Below are positions 10,600-19,551 of a stretch of 64,000 nucleotides of DNA, in pieces (position 1 is the first letter of the stretch; each line of letters starts with the position of its first letter). The DNA comes from Candidatus Paceibacter sp. GTDB lineage: Bacteria; Patescibacteriota; Minisyncoccia; Phycocordibacterales; GCA-2747955. The stretch is taken from positions 568 to 64,567 of the forward strand of contig JABACC010000013.1 in NCBI GenBank assembly GCA_014237915.1, in the 5' to 3' direction. Position numbers and translations under genes: made by a program. Below the pieces are notes generated by a model. It was not told the origin of the DNA. It did no database searches and was given only the letters and a program-made list of their open reading frames with translations.

Positions 10600-11868
10600 A
10601 TGATGAAAAATGTATTTAATAAAAAATTAGAACAAATTGGTTTTATGTGGCCAGTTTATTCTTTGCAACATATTTTAACAATGGTGGGAGCTACAATTGT
10701 TGCTCCAATGATTGTCTCAGGACTTTTAGGACTTTCATTACAGCAAGCTATTTCTTTAACAAGTTTTGTTCTTTTGGGAATGGGTGTCGCTACGATACTC
10801 CAGGCTTATTTTGGAGTAAAGATGCCAATTATTCAAGGAAGCTCATTTGTTTATATTCCAGCTATTTTGTATATTTCAAATCTTTCTCAAGGATCGGAAG
10901 CTTTACAATATTTATTTTTTGGAATTATAATCGCTGCTTTAGTTCAAATTTTTATCGGAATTACAGGAATTGCTGGTTTTTTTTCAGAAAAATTAACAAA
11001 AATTGTTTTAGGGCCAACAATTTTTATGATAGGAATTTCACTTTTTTCAGTGGCCTCTGATGGAATTTCTAATAATATTTCAGTAGGAGTTATTACGATT
11101 TTGTTAATATTATTTTTAACTTTTTTTATCAAAAAAACTGAATGGCTGAAATCTTCTTCAATTATTTTATCGATGATTATAATGGTTGTTTTAATTTCTC
11201 TGGGAGTTTTTGGAGAAGGAGTAGAAATTATATGGCCAGAGTATTTAGGATTGTCACTGCCAGCATTAATTCCTTGGGGTATGCCGATTTTTAATTTAGA
11301 CGTAGCCTTACTTTTTGCTCTTGCTGCCATTATTTCTTCAGTTGAATCGATAGGGGATTATACTGCTGTTTCTTCAATTTCAAAATCTAAAAAACTTGGA
11401 AAAAAAGAAGTTTCAAGGGGAATAACCTTTGAAGGTTTAGGAAGTTTAATTTCAGGTTTTCTAGGAGGATTGCCCACAACTTCTTATAGTGAAAATGTAG
11501 GTGTTGTTGGAATTACAAAACAATATTCAAGATTTTTAGTTGCAGCTTCTGGGGTAATTTTAATTTTTTTAAGTATTTTAGGAGTAGCTAATTTTTTGGT
11601 AGCAGTTGACCAATCTGTTATGGCAGGAGTTTATTTTGTCGTTTTCGGGGTCATTACTGGAATCGGACTTAAACAAATTTCTAACGTAAACTTAGAAAGT
11701 ATGAGGAATTTAACAATCATAGGTATTGCAATTTTTTCTGGCTTTGCTATTCCTGCTTTGTTTACTGAACCTGATGGCTCAGTTTTGTCTGCTATTTTTC
11801 AGTCAGGAATGGTGGTTACTTTTTTAGTAGCACTCATTTTAGATTTATTAATCTCAAAAGAAGATTAA
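10600..11868 (+). CDS. NCS2-family uracil/xanthine permease
   Basis: LQHILTM, G.ATILQ, MPIIQGSSF, ESIGD, TSYSENVG signature; many TM helices. Confidence 0.9.
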   Translation: MMKNVFNKKLEQIGFMWPVYSLQHILTMVGATIVAPMIVSGLLGLSLQQAISLTSFVLLGMGVATILQAYFGVKMPIIQGSSFVYIPAILYISNLSQGSEALQYLFFGIIIAALVQIFIGITGIAGFFSEKLTKIVLGPTIFMIGISLFSVASDGISNNISVGVITILLILFLTFFIKKTEWLKSSSIILSMIIMVVLISLGVFGEGVEIIWPEYLGLSLPALIPWGMPIFNLDVALLFALAAIISSVESIGDYTAVSSISKSKKLGKKEVSRGITFEGLGSLISGFLGGLPTTSYSENVGVVGITKQYSRFLVAASGVILIFLSILGVANFLVAVDQSVMAGVYFVVFGVITGIGLKQISNVNLESMRNLTIIGIAIFSGFAIPALFTEPDGSVLSAIFQSGMVVTFLVALILDLLISKED

Positions 11869-11883
11869 TATAATTTTTTAAAC

Positions 11884-11921
11884 AAAAATAAAACGCCTTT
11901 TTAAAAAAGGCGTTTTATTTT
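11884..11921. terminator. Bidirectional intrinsic terminator
   Basis: AAAACGCCTTTT...AAAAGGCGTTTT inverted repeat between convergent genes. Confidence 0.7.
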
Positions 11922-11934
11922 TTTGTTTAATTTT

Positions 11935-12117
11935 TTATTTTTTACTAAATAAAATAAATCTTACTCCAACATAAATCATAACAACAACTGTTATTCCATC
12001 AACAATTTTCCAGAATTTTAGAGTTTCAACTTGGTAAACAAATTGTGAAATAAAAATAAATAAACCCCAAAGCCAAAAAACAACGGCTGAGATTTTATAT
12101 CTTAAACTTTTATTCAT
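11935..12117 (-). CDS. Small two-TM hypothetical membrane protein
   Basis: 60-aa ORF with two hydrophobic segments, co-oriented with upstream genes. Confidence 0.6.
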   Translation of the reverse strand: MNKSLRYKISAVVFWLWGLFIFISQFVYQVETLKFWKIVDGITVVVMIYVGVRFILFSKK

Positions 12118-12182
12118 GATATTTTTTAATTAATTTTTAATAATTCTTTTAAAGATTAAATTTATTATAACTTATTTTTTAG

Positions 12183-12623
12183 TTATTTTTTTTTAATAAA
12201 TTTTGTTATATAAGTTAAACAAATTCCCATTGGAATTAAAAATAAAACCATCGCTAAAAGAAAGTTAAAGGGAAAATAAATTCCCGGAACAATACTTTCT
12301 ACAAAAGGAATGTAGTAGCCATAAAGAGCTAATAAAACCACATCTAAAATTGCAATAATGAAAAAAATTGAATAACATGCAAATAAGACTATTGGATTTT
12401 TTTTGATTACTCCATAGATCATTACAATTCCAAAAGCAATATGCCTTGCAGCAAGAAAATGAATTGGAAAAATTGCTGAAGCTACCGAGTGAGGGAAAAC
12501 AAAAAGGGGAGCCAAAAGAGCAAAAATCCCGAAAACAAAAACATTTGAAAATATAACAAACCAGTTTATTATCTCAAACCATAAAGGGAATTTTATATTT
12601 TCTTTTTTTAATATATTTAACAT
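12183..12623 (-). CDS. Hypothetical 4-TM membrane protein
   Basis: 146 aa, hydrophobic, ARH.AFG and a D inside a TM helix (DUF4267-like by eye). Confidence 0.65.
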   Translation of the reverse strand: MLNILKKENIKFPLWFEIINWFVIFSNVFVFGIFALLAPLFVFPHSVASAIFPIHFLAARHIAFGIVMIYGVIKKNPIVLFACYSIFFIIAILDVVLLALYGYYIPFVESIVPGIYFPFNFLLAMVLFLIPMGICLTYITKFIKKK

Positions 12624-12651
12624 AATTTTTTAATTTAAATTTTTAATAAAA

Positions 12652-13542
12652 TTAATTTTCATTAATTTTTCTATACCAAGAAGAAATTGATTCTCCGATT
12701 TTGTCTGGTTGATCTTCTTGCACAAAATGAAGACCTTCTCCAATTTTTACAATTTCTAAATTCGGAAGTTTTTTAATTTTTTGCAACTCTTCTTCGGTAT
12801 CTGGAATAACCATTCCCGGAGTGGCGTTTAGAAAAAGTTTTGGAATATTTGTTTCTTGAAGCCATTTTTCCCAAGCAGACATTGCGTCGTGAACATCTTT
12901 TGGTTTTTCATCAAATGGAATATTTCGAGCCCAAACCATAAGAGGTTTTCTGCTTTTTATAGTTTTGTAAGGCTCTGCATAAATTTCTTTTTCTTTTTCA
13001 GTTAATTTTCTTGAAATTGCTTTTGGTAAAATATTTTTTACAAACATATTAAAAACACAAATCATAACCCAACCGATAAAAGGAGTTCTAATCATTTTGA
13101 AAGGTAAAATCATACCTTTTGGCATTTCAGAAAAAGCTCTAATTCTGTAGACTGATTCCATAAAGGCAATTCCTTTAACATTTTCTGGATGGTTTTTTGC
13201 ATAGTGAAACCCAATAGCTGAGCCCCAATCGTGAATAACTAAAGTAATATTTTTTAAACCTTTTTCTTCTATGAATTTTTCAACATAATCGTAAGATTCA
13301 AAAAAACCATAATTTATGTCTGGTTTATCTGATTTCCCCATTCCAATTAAATCAGGAGCAATACATTTTCCTTGATTTTTTAAATAAGGGATAATATTTC
13401 TCCATAAATACGAAGAAGTCGGGTTTCCGTGTAAAAATAAAATCGGATCACCCTCACCCTCTTCTATATAATGAATTTTACTTCCATTTATTTGAACGAA
13501 CTTTGACTCAAATGGAAAATCTGTGTTAATTTCTTTTGTCAT
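12652..13542 (-). CDS. dhaA: Haloalkane dehalogenase (DhaA/LinB-type alpha/beta hydrolase)
   Basis: LFLHGNPTSSYLWRNIIP, APDLIGMGKSDKP, nucleophile HDWG, FME, GLHFVQED. Confidence 0.9.
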   Translation of the reverse strand: MTKEINTDFPFESKFVQINGSKIHYIEEGEGDPILFLHGNPTSSYLWRNIIPYLKNQGKCIAPDLIGMGKSDKPDINYGFFESYDYVEKFIEEKGLKNITLVIHDWGSAIGFHYAKNHPENVKGIAFMESVYRIRAFSEMPKGMILPFKMIRTPFIGWVMICVFNMFVKNILPKAISRKLTEKEKEIYAEPYKTIKSRKPLMVWARNIPFDEKPKDVHDAMSAWEKWLQETNIPKLFLNATPGMVIPDTEEELQKIKKLPNLEIVKIGEGLHFVQEDQPDKIGESISSWYRKINEN

Positions 13543-13638
13543 TTTTTAATTTAATTATGATAATAATATTAATCTTAGCACAGGCTATATTTTTTTGGAA
13601 AATTTTATTTAAAACAAAAATAAGTATATAATTAGGTT

Positions 13639-14182
13639 ATGAAAAAACTTATTGGAAAAATTTTAATAAAAAATAATTCTGGAAAGAAAATAAACTTAAA
13701 AATTGTTAAAAAATACGATAAAGTTTTTGTGAATCTAAAAAAACATGATACAGGAGAGAAAAAAATTTCAACCGACAGAATCAGAAAATATTTTAAATCT
13801 ATACAATAGTTTAGTTTCAGAAGGGCACATAGATTTTCCAATAACTGAAAAAGCTCAGAAAAACGTTGATGCACTTTGTTATAGTGTAAATAATTCTCAT
13901 TTTGGTAAAGAAATTTATGCTTCGCCTGAAGAAAAATCAGTGGCTTATATGTATTTTATTATCAAAGACCATCCTTTTACAGACGGAAATAAAAGAACTT
14001 CAGTGGCTACTTTTTTAAGATCTTGTGAAATAAATAATTTGCCTTTAAGATTTTTTGAAATTAAAGAGGAAATAATGTGGGAGCTTTTGTCGGAGCTAAC
14101 AATTTTTATTGAAGAGGAGAAAACAGAAAAACATCAAGAGGCTATAAAATTTTTAGTTTCAAAACTTTTTAAAAATGAATAA
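13639..14182 (+). pseudogene. Fic/Doc-family protein, probably frameshifted at an A7 tract (Fic domain ORF 13745-14182)
   Basis: HPFTDGNKRTS Fic motif; ATG 13639 lies 6 nt after TATAAT; removing one A from 13737-13743 joins it in frame. Confidence 0.6.
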
Positions 14183-14798
14183 AAATTTTATTGTAGGAAT
14201 AGACGAAGTTGGAAGAGGGCCACTTGCGGGGCCAATGTATATTTGCGTTTTTGGATATTTTGAAAATGAGGAAAAAAATTTGAAAAAAATTTTAGAAAAC
14301 ATTGATGATTCGAAAAAAATTTCAGAAAAAAAGAGGGAGGTTTTTTTTGAAAAAATTTCAGAATTAAAAAAAGAAAAAAAAGTTTTTGCAGAAATTTTTT
14401 CTTGTAGCGCTTTAGAAATTGATAAATTTGGTCTTTCTAAGTGTTTGAAAAAAATGATAGAAAAAGGTTTAGAAAAAATTTTAAAAGATGCGGATTTGCC
14501 TTCGGCAAATCCGCCCCAAAACTTCCAAATTTTTCTCGATGGATCTTTAAAAGCTCCAGAAAAATATCAAAACCAAAAAACAATAATCGGAGGAGACGGG
14601 AAAATTTTTTCAATTTCTTGCGCTTCGGTGACAGCAAAAGTAAAAAGAGACGAATATATGAAAAAAATCACTAAAAATTTTCCCGAATATAAATTCGAAA
14701 AAAATAAAGGTTACGGCACAAAAGAGCACAGAAAAGCAATTGCAAAAATCGGAATTTCAAAAATCCACCGCAAAACTTTTTGTAAGAAGTTTGTTTAA
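14175..14798 (+). CDS. rnhB: Ribonuclease HII
   Basis: GIDEVGRGPLAGP, DDSKK, LDG, IIGGD, AS..AKV.RD, KGYGT..H, IHRKTF. Confidence 0.95.
   Translation: MNKNFIVGIDEVGRGPLAGPMYICVFGYFENEEKNLKKILENIDDSKKISEKKREVFFEKISELKKEKKVFAEIFSCSALEIDKFGLSKCLKKMIEKGLEKILKDADLPSANPPQNFQIFLDGSLKAPEKYQNQKTIIGGDGKIFSISCASVTAKVKRDEYMKKITKNFPEYKFEKNKGYGTKEHRKAIAKIGISKIHRKTFCKKFV
14490..14514. repeat. Family B palindrome in frame inside rnhB (encodes ADLPSANP)
   Basis: GCGGATTTGCC-TTC-GGCAAATCCGC, 24/25 identical to the intergenic copy at 7553. Confidence 0.9.
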
Positions 14799-14829
14799 AA
14801 AATAATTTTTTGTGAATTTAAATATTAAC

Positions 14830-14850
14830 GGATTTTGCTTCGCAAAATCC
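14830..14850. repeat. Family B palindrome, short copy GGATTTTGC-TTC-GCAAAATCC
   Basis: Reverse-orientation core of the 17431/55230 copies. Confidence 0.8.
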
Positions 14851-14859
14851 TCACACAAA

Positions 14860-14949
14860 TTATTTCCTATGAAATCTTCTCGCTGAAGAACCAATAAGCC
14901 AAAATAAAACTATTAATAATATTTTTGGAAGAGACAACCACCTCTTCAT
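14860..14949 (-). CDS. Putative 29-aa membrane peptide MKRWLSLPKILLIVLFWLIGSSARRFHRK
   Basis: ATG 11 nt after the stop of the 14961-15626 gene; one TM helix with a basic tail; below the ORF-track cutoff. Confidence 0.35.
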   Translation of the reverse strand: MKRWLSLPKILLIVLFWLIGSSARRFHRK

Positions 14950-14960
14950 AAATTAAAAAC

Positions 14961-15626
14961 TTAAGGAAATACTTTAAGTAATTTTTCGGAATACATCAAA
15001 TAAATATTACCATTAAATTTTGAATTATTTTTTAAAATTGAATTAATTTCTTCTTGTATTTCCTTTTTTTTGATATTTTTATTTTCTAAATATTCCAAGA
15101 CAACTACAATATTTAAGTTTCCTATGTGTTTATATTTTTCCACAATTTTTTTAAGAGAATTTTCTAAAGTATTATTTTTATTATATTCTTCAGTATATCT
15201 TTTGATTTGATAATTTTCTTCTTTTTCTGTTTCATTATTACGGAGAATAAAATCAATAGGAGATGACTCTTTTATATTTTCTTTTAGTGTTTCTAGATCG
15301 AAATCATGAGCGTTTATTTTTTTGTTAAGGCTAAGTGAATCATTAAATATAAATCCCACATCGAATCCTTCAAAGAAATCATTTAAAATAAAATGAATAT
15401 TAATAAATTCTATAAATTCTTTTTCGTTACTTTTTAAAAATTTTATAGAACTATTAATTTCCCTTATATATTCTTCATTTTTCCATTTTTTGTCATCCTC
15501 AGATTTTTTTTTGATTATTTTGCCGAACCCGTCATCTTTTATTTTGTTTATAAAAGCACAGTATTCCTTAGAAGAGAAAAAAAATTTATTTTCTATTTTT
15601 ATTTCTGGCTTTATTTTTTCTGACAT
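14961..15626 (-). CDS. Hypothetical protein, possible PD-(D/E)xK nuclease fold
   Basis: SPIDFIL...YQIK resembles a PD...QxK active site; TGTTATAAT 6 nt before the ATG. Confidence 0.55.
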   Translation of the reverse strand: MSEKIKPEIKIENKFFFSSKEYCAFINKIKDDGFGKIIKKKSEDDKKWKNEEYIREINSSIKFLKSNEKEFIEFINIHFILNDFFEGFDVGFIFNDSLSLNKKINAHDFDLETLKENIKESSPIDFILRNNETEKEENYQIKRYTEEYNKNNTLENSLKKIVEKYKHIGNLNIVVVLEYLENKNIKKKEIQEEINSILKNNSKFNGNIYLMYSEKLLKVFP

Positions 15627-15649
15627 TTTTTGATTATAACATTTAGGGT

Positions 15650-15672
15650 GAAAAATTGCTCCGCAATTTTTC
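15650..15672. repeat. Hairpin GAAAAATTGC-TCC-GCAATTTTTC (C-GGA-G triloop on - strand)
   Basis: Perfect inverted repeat of the same triloop class. Confidence 0.6.
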
Positions 15673-15707
15673 TTTTCATTTCAACCTTAACTTCAATTTT
15701 TTTTAAT

Positions 15708-15888
15708 AAAAAAAACACCCCGATGTGCTTAATGCACATCGGGGCTAGAGATAGGTGGGGGAGCGAGATCAAGTGCACGAAGCTTAATCTACTATTGTTT
15801 TAAAAAAAATATCTTTGCTTAGGAGAAGCAAATAATTTAATTTAAAGTAGCTCGACCAACTCAACCTATCTCGGGAAGAGGAACACTA
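15708..15888 (-). ncRNA. Candidate stand-alone structured RNA (~180 nt), family unknown
   Basis: TTGCTT-16-TAAAAT promoter (15922-15895); closing stem GAGATAGGT/ACCTATCTC; inner stems; 11-bp terminator CCCCGATGTGC/GCACATCGGGG plus U-run; GC-rich relative to the genome. Confidence 0.65.
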
Positions 15889-15997
15889 TATTGAATTTTA
15901 TACTTTTTTTAAAAAAAAGCAAGTTTTTTTTAAAATATTTTTAAAATTTTAATTTTTGTAAGTTTTTAAAAATTTCAAATATGTTAAAATTCTTTTT

Positions 15998-17416
15998 ATG
16001 AATTTAAATTTAGAAGATTTAGATATCCAAAAATTACATCAAAAATATAAAAGTGGGGAAGTGCAAATTTTTGAAATTATCTCTGCTTACAAAAAAAATA
16101 TAGATGAAAAAAACAAAGATTTAAATATTTTTTTATCTGTTTTTGAAGATTTAAAAGAGCAGTCAGAAAAAGCTCAAAAAATGTTTGAAGAAAAAAAAGA
16201 AACTCTTTTAACTGGAATTCCAATTGCCATAAAAGCTAATATTTTAATTTTGGGAAAAAATACAAATTGCGGATCAAAAATTTTAGAAAATTACACCGGA
16301 ACTTACAACGCATCTGTTATAAAAAAATTAAAAAAAGCCGGAGCTATTTTAATGGGTTATACAAATATGGACGAATTTGCTTGCGGGTCTTCAACTGAAA
16401 ATTCTGCATATTCACCCACAAAAAATCCATTAAATAAAGAATTTGTTCCCGGAGGAACTTCTGGTGGCTCGGCCGCTGCAGTTTCTGCAAACATGGCGCT
16501 TGTTGCTTTAGGGACAGACACGGGCGGATCTGTGCGCCAGCCAGCTTGCTACACATCTTTGGTGGGATCAAAACCAACTTACGGAAGAGTTTCAAGATTT
16601 GGAGCTGTGGCGATGGGTTCTTCTTTAGACCAAATTTCTCCGATTTCAAAAAATGTTGAAGACAATAAAATTGTTTTAGATTTTATTCAAGGAAAAGACG
16701 GAAAAGATATGACAGCGCTTGAAAAAATTAGTTTTGAAGAAAAAGTTTCTTTTAAGAAAAAAATTGGCGTTCCTAAAAATTTTTTAAAAAATGTGAATTC
16801 AGAAATTTTAAAAAATTTTGAAAATTCTGTAGAAAAATTTAAAAAAGAGGGTTTTGAAATTGTTGACATTGATTTAGATATTTTTGATTACACTTTACCA
16901 ATTTATTATATTTTAATGCCTGCTGAACTTTCGACAAACTTGGCAAGGTTTGACGGAATTCGTTATGGGCTTCAAGTTGAAGATTTTTCTAATATCACAG
17001 AAAAATATTTTAAAACAAGAGGAAAAGGTTTTGGAGAAGAAACAAAAAGAAGAATTTTGCTCGGAGCTTATGTTCTTTCAGCTGGGTATTCTGATCAATA
17101 TTACAACAAAGCAATTTCTCTTCGAGAAAAAATTAAAGAAGAATATTCTCAGAAAATTTCAGATTTAGATGGAATTATACTTCCAACCTGCCCAAATCCA
17201 CCTTTTAAATTTGGAGAAAAAACAGACGATCCGGTTTCCATGTATTTGGAAGATATTTTTACAGTTAGCTCAAATATTATTGGAAATCCTGCAATTTCTA
17301 TTCCAAATGGGAAAATTGAAAATAATTTTCAATCGGGTTTACAAATTTTAGGAGATTTTAACGAAGAAACAAAAATGTTTGAGCTTGCAAAAATAATTGA
17401 AAAAGGAGAGAATTAA
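15998..17416 (+). CDS. gatA: Asp/Glu-tRNA amidotransferase subunit A
   Basis: GIPIAIK, TNMDEFA.GSSTENS, PGGTSGGSAAAV, LGTDTGGSVRQPA, NLARFDGIRYG. Confidence 0.97.
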   Translation: MNLNLEDLDIQKLHQKYKSGEVQIFEIISAYKKNIDEKNKDLNIFLSVFEDLKEQSEKAQKMFEEKKETLLTGIPIAIKANILILGKNTNCGSKILENYTGTYNASVIKKLKKAGAILMGYTNMDEFACGSSTENSAYSPTKNPLNKEFVPGGTSGGSAAAVSANMALVALGTDTGGSVRQPACYTSLVGSKPTYGRVSRFGAVAMGSSLDQISPISKNVEDNKIVLDFIQGKDGKDMTALEKISFEEKVSFKKKIGVPKNFLKNVNSEILKNFENSVEKFKKEGFEIVDIDLDIFDYTLPIYYILMPAELSTNLARFDGIRYGLQVEDFSNITEKYFKTRGKGFGEETKRRILLGAYVLSAGYSDQYYNKAISLREKIKEEYSQKISDLDGIILPTCPNPPFKFGEKTDDPVSMYLEDIFTVSSNIIGNPAISIPNGKIENNFQSGLQILGDFNEETKMFELAKIIEKGEN

Positions 17417-17422
17417 GGAAAG

Positions 17423-17465
17423 AATTTTTTGGCGGATTTTGCGAAGCAAAATCCGCCAAAAAATT
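17423..17465. repeat. Family B palindrome GGCGGATTTTGC-GAA-GCAAAATCCGCC
   Basis: Core 17431-17457 identical to 55230-55256; T-run upstream and A-run downstream, the reverse of a terminator. Confidence 0.85.
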
Positions 17466-17483
17466 AAAAAAAAATTATAGAAA

Positions 17484-18746
17484 ATGTTAGACATAAAATT
17501 TATTAGAGAAAATTTAGAACTTGTAAAAGCTGGAGCTAAAAAAAAACACGTGGAAGTTGATTTTGATAAACTTGTTTTTTTAGATGATCAAAGAAAAGAA
17601 ATCCAAAAAAATTTAGATAACTTAAAATCTGAACAAAATATTTTTTCTGAAAAAATTTCACAAGCAGAAACAGAGGAGCGAGAAAATTTAATAAAAGAAG
17701 TTTCTGAAATTAAAGAAAAAATTAAAAGTTTGGAAGAGAAAGAAAAACCAATTTTAGAAGAGTGGAAAAAAATAATGTTGCAAATTCCAAATGTTCCAGA
17801 CCCAACAGTTCCAGAAGGAAAATCAGATCAGGAAAATTTAGAAATAAAAACTTGGGGTGAGAAAAAAGATTTTTCTTTTTCCTTAAAATCTCATATTGAA
17901 ATTATGGAAAATTTAGATATGGTCGATTTTAAAAGAGGATCTAAAGTTCATGGTTTTCGTGGATATTATTTAAAAAATGATGGAGCCAGACTTTGCTGGG
18001 CTATTTGGAATTATGCTAATGATTTTTTTCTAAAAAAAGGTTTTGAACCGATGATAACACCCACAATCGTTAGAGAAGAAAATCTTTACGGAACAGGACA
18101 TTTACCAAACGAAGCAGAAGATACTTACAAAACTCAAGATAATGATTATTTGGCTGGAACATCTGAAGTTGCGGTAATGGCTTACTATAGAGATGAAATT
18201 ATAAATTTAGAAAATGGAGAAAAAAAATTTCTAGCCTTTTCACCTTGCTACAGAAGAGAAGCTGGATCTTACGGAAAAGATACGAAAGGTTTAATCAGAG
18301 TTCATGAATTTTTTAAATTAGAGCAGATTGTTTTATGTGAAGCTTCACATGAAAAAACAGTCCAGATACACGAACAAATTAATAGAAACACCGAAGAATT
18401 TATTGAATCTTTAGAAATTCCTTACAGAACAGTTTTAAATTGTGGTGGAGATTTGGGCTTAGGGCAAGTAAAGAAATATGACATTGAGCTTTGGGTTCCT
18501 GCAGAAAATAAATATAGAGAAATTTCTTCAGCATCTTATTTTCATGATTTTCAAACAAGAAGATTTAACATAAAATATAAAAACGAAGATGGAAAAAATA
18601 ATTTTGCACACTCTTTAAATTGCACCGCAATCCCAACTCCTAGAATTTTAGTCTCTTTAATTGAAAATTTTCAAACAGAAGATGGAAAAATAATTATTCC
18701 AAAAGTTTTACAAAAATATTTAAACGAAAAAAATATTATAGAATAG
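17484..18746 (+). CDS. serS: Serine--tRNA ligase
   Basis: MLDIKFIREN, coiled-coil arm, GTSEV, CYRREAGSYGKDTKGLIRVHEF.KLE, YREISSAS. Confidence 0.97.
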   Translation: MLDIKFIRENLELVKAGAKKKHVEVDFDKLVFLDDQRKEIQKNLDNLKSEQNIFSEKISQAETEERENLIKEVSEIKEKIKSLEEKEKPILEEWKKIMLQIPNVPDPTVPEGKSDQENLEIKTWGEKKDFSFSLKSHIEIMENLDMVDFKRGSKVHGFRGYYLKNDGARLCWAIWNYANDFFLKKGFEPMITPTIVREENLYGTGHLPNEAEDTYKTQDNDYLAGTSEVAVMAYYRDEIINLENGEKKFLAFSPCYRREAGSYGKDTKGLIRVHEFFKLEQIVLCEASHEKTVQIHEQINRNTEEFIESLEIPYRTVLNCGGDLGLGQVKKYDIELWVPAENKYREISSASYFHDFQTRRFNIKYKNEDGKNNFAHSLNCTAIPTPRILVSLIENFQTEDGKIIIPKVLQKYLNEKNIIE

Positions 18747-18794
18747 GGGATAACTTATTGTATTTTTTAAAAATTTTGTTAACATACTATTTAT

Positions 18795-19469
18795 ATGAAC
18801 TTTATCAATAATAAATATTTGAGGGAAGGAATTTATGTTTTTATAATAATTTTTCTCTTAATAAATAACTATCTTCATTTAGAAGAAGACGTTCACAAGG
18901 AAGAGCACGCGGGAATTGATGATATTTATGACGATGTTGATGAATATTATTTAAATAATCCAAAATTTGAATCTTGCGCTTACGACACTGTCAGAAATTG
19001 TCAATCAGAGCTTGTTTATGAAAGACTTTATATTGAGGAAAATATAGAAATTTGTAATGATTTTATAGACGAAAGACAAAAAGAAAGTTGTAAGGAAGAG
19101 TTTATTATTCACTTGGCAGTTTCTAGTGCTGATGAACGTATCTGTTCTGAACTTGAAGATATCACAAAAAAAGATGTTTGTTTTGAAAAAGCCGTTATTG
19201 AAAAAGGAATAGTAGATAGAGATTTTGAACAATGTGAAAAACTTGATCATTTAAGACATGATTTTTGTATAGAAGTGATTGCTGATGTTATTATCTCAGA
19301 ATCACACAATGATGAAAGTTGTTATCTTGAAAATTCTGATGCACTTGAAATTCAAGAATGTCTTGAACACAGAAAAGAAGAACGAGAAGAACTTGAATTA
19401 TGCGAACAATATGAACACGAAGAACACGATGAATGTATAATAAATACAATTCAAAGTTTTCATGATTAA
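18795..19469 (+). CDS. Membrane-anchored Cys-repeat, His/Glu-rich hypothetical protein
   Basis: N-terminal TM helix then ~6 C-x(9-11)-C repeats, acidic and His-rich. Confidence 0.7.
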   Translation: MNFINNKYLREGIYVFIIIFLLINNYLHLEEDVHKEEHAGIDDIYDDVDEYYLNNPKFESCAYDTVRNCQSELVYERLYIEENIEICNDFIDERQKESCKEEFIIHLAVSSADERICSELEDITKKDVCFEKAVIEKGIVDRDFEQCEKLDHLRHDFCIEVIADVIISESHNDESCYLENSDALEIQECLEHRKEEREELELCEQYEHEEHDECIINTIQSFHD

Positions 19470-19489
19470 TTTTGAAAAATTTTAAAAAT

Positions 19490-19526
19490 AAAAAAGAGTG
19501 CGCCCCGAAGGGGCGCACTCTTTTTT
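19490..19526. repeat. Family A palindrome GTGCGC-CC-C-GAA-G-GG-GCGCAC between convergent genes
   Basis: Perfect inverted repeat, core 19498-19518. Confidence 0.85.
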
Positions 19527-19551
19527 TAAAATTTTTTCTAAAGCTCAAATC

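Noticed and set aside
15741-15872. tmRNA or SRP RNA on the + strand (GGGGCT start, GCAAATAAT, TTAGGAGAAGCA)
   Set aside because: No T-loop or CCA end, the putative tag ANNLI lacks the Ala-rich end, no SRP helix-8 geometry, and promoter and terminator point to the - strand
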